DNA from: Octopus sinensis
Lineage: Eukaryota
NCBI RefSeq assembly: GCF_006345805.1
Contig: NC_043000.1
Span: forward strand, 84,444,001-84,508,000
Length of the DNA: 64,000 nucleotides
Direction: 5' to 3'
Shown here: positions 63,645-64,000 of the stretch, piece by piece
Layout: the number at the start of each line of letters is the position of its first letter
How positions within the stretch are numbered: the stretch's first letter is position 1
Notes under the pieces: model-generated
What the model was told of the DNA's origin: nothing
The model's input: only the letters and a program-made list of their open reading frames with translations
Databases searched by the model: none
Position numbers and translations under genes: made by a program

Positions 63645-64000
63645 ACAATAATAATCCTTTCCGCGCTAGCTCTGAAATTTTGGATGGATTACATCGACCC
63701 CAGTGCTCAGCTGGTACTTATCTCATCGACCTTGAGAGGGTGAAGCGGCAACATCGAACCTAGAAGAAGAAGAAGAAGAAGAAGAAGAAGAAGACGACGA
63801 CGACGACATTCCTACTATTTAGGGAATGACAAGTCGATTATTATAATAATTGTTTGTTATCTAGGCTCAAGGCCAGAAATTTTTGAGGGGAGGGTAAATT
63901 AGAACTAGCGTCCTCGGTATTTGACTGGTACTACTTATTTTGTCGATCTTGAAAGGCAAACGTAATTTCAGCAGAATTTGATCCCAGAACGTAAACGACT
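63645..64000 (-). mobile_element. Two SINE family B fragments
   Basis: GATTACATCGACCCCAGTGCTCAGCTGGTACTT at about 63687-63720; GAATTTGATCCCAGAACGTAA at the window end. Confidence 0.65.

Overview
This is eukaryotic, AT-rich DNA saturated with microsatellites, and I recognise no host protein-coding gene, rRNA, tRNA gene or CRISPR array. The repeat content looks like an octopus-type cephalopod genome (inference from the SINE families and microsatellite load). The window is almost entirely transposon-derived. It holds one nearly complete, recently inactivated Penelope-like element (RT + GIY-YIG, about 12841-16080, minus strand) and several 3' fragments of R4/Dong-like RLE LINEs sitting in (AAT)n tracts. 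It also holds a Tx1/L1-like fragment, Tc1/mariner, Tigger/pogo and hAT (Buster/Charlie-type) relics, a deleted THAP + SAP-SWIM (ISL2EU-like) element, MITE-like inverted repeats and three tRNA-derived SINE families. Two signals stand out. (1) Minimal type-I hammerhead ribozyme motifs with palindromic stem III occur at 12938, 16143, 30559, 39147 and 44525. One lies in the Penelope tail, two lie in ORF-less retrozyme-like relatives of it, and one lies inside a 450-bp fold-back whose inverted arm starts at the ribozyme core; stem I co-varies between copies. (2) A roughly 555-bp non-coding element with no Pol III head occurs seven times (whole or partial), always ending in an (AAT)n tract with the same polarity as the R4-like LINEs, which suggests a microsatellite-targeted non-autonomous partner. 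Coordinates were counted by hand, and boundaries of degenerate repeats are approximate.
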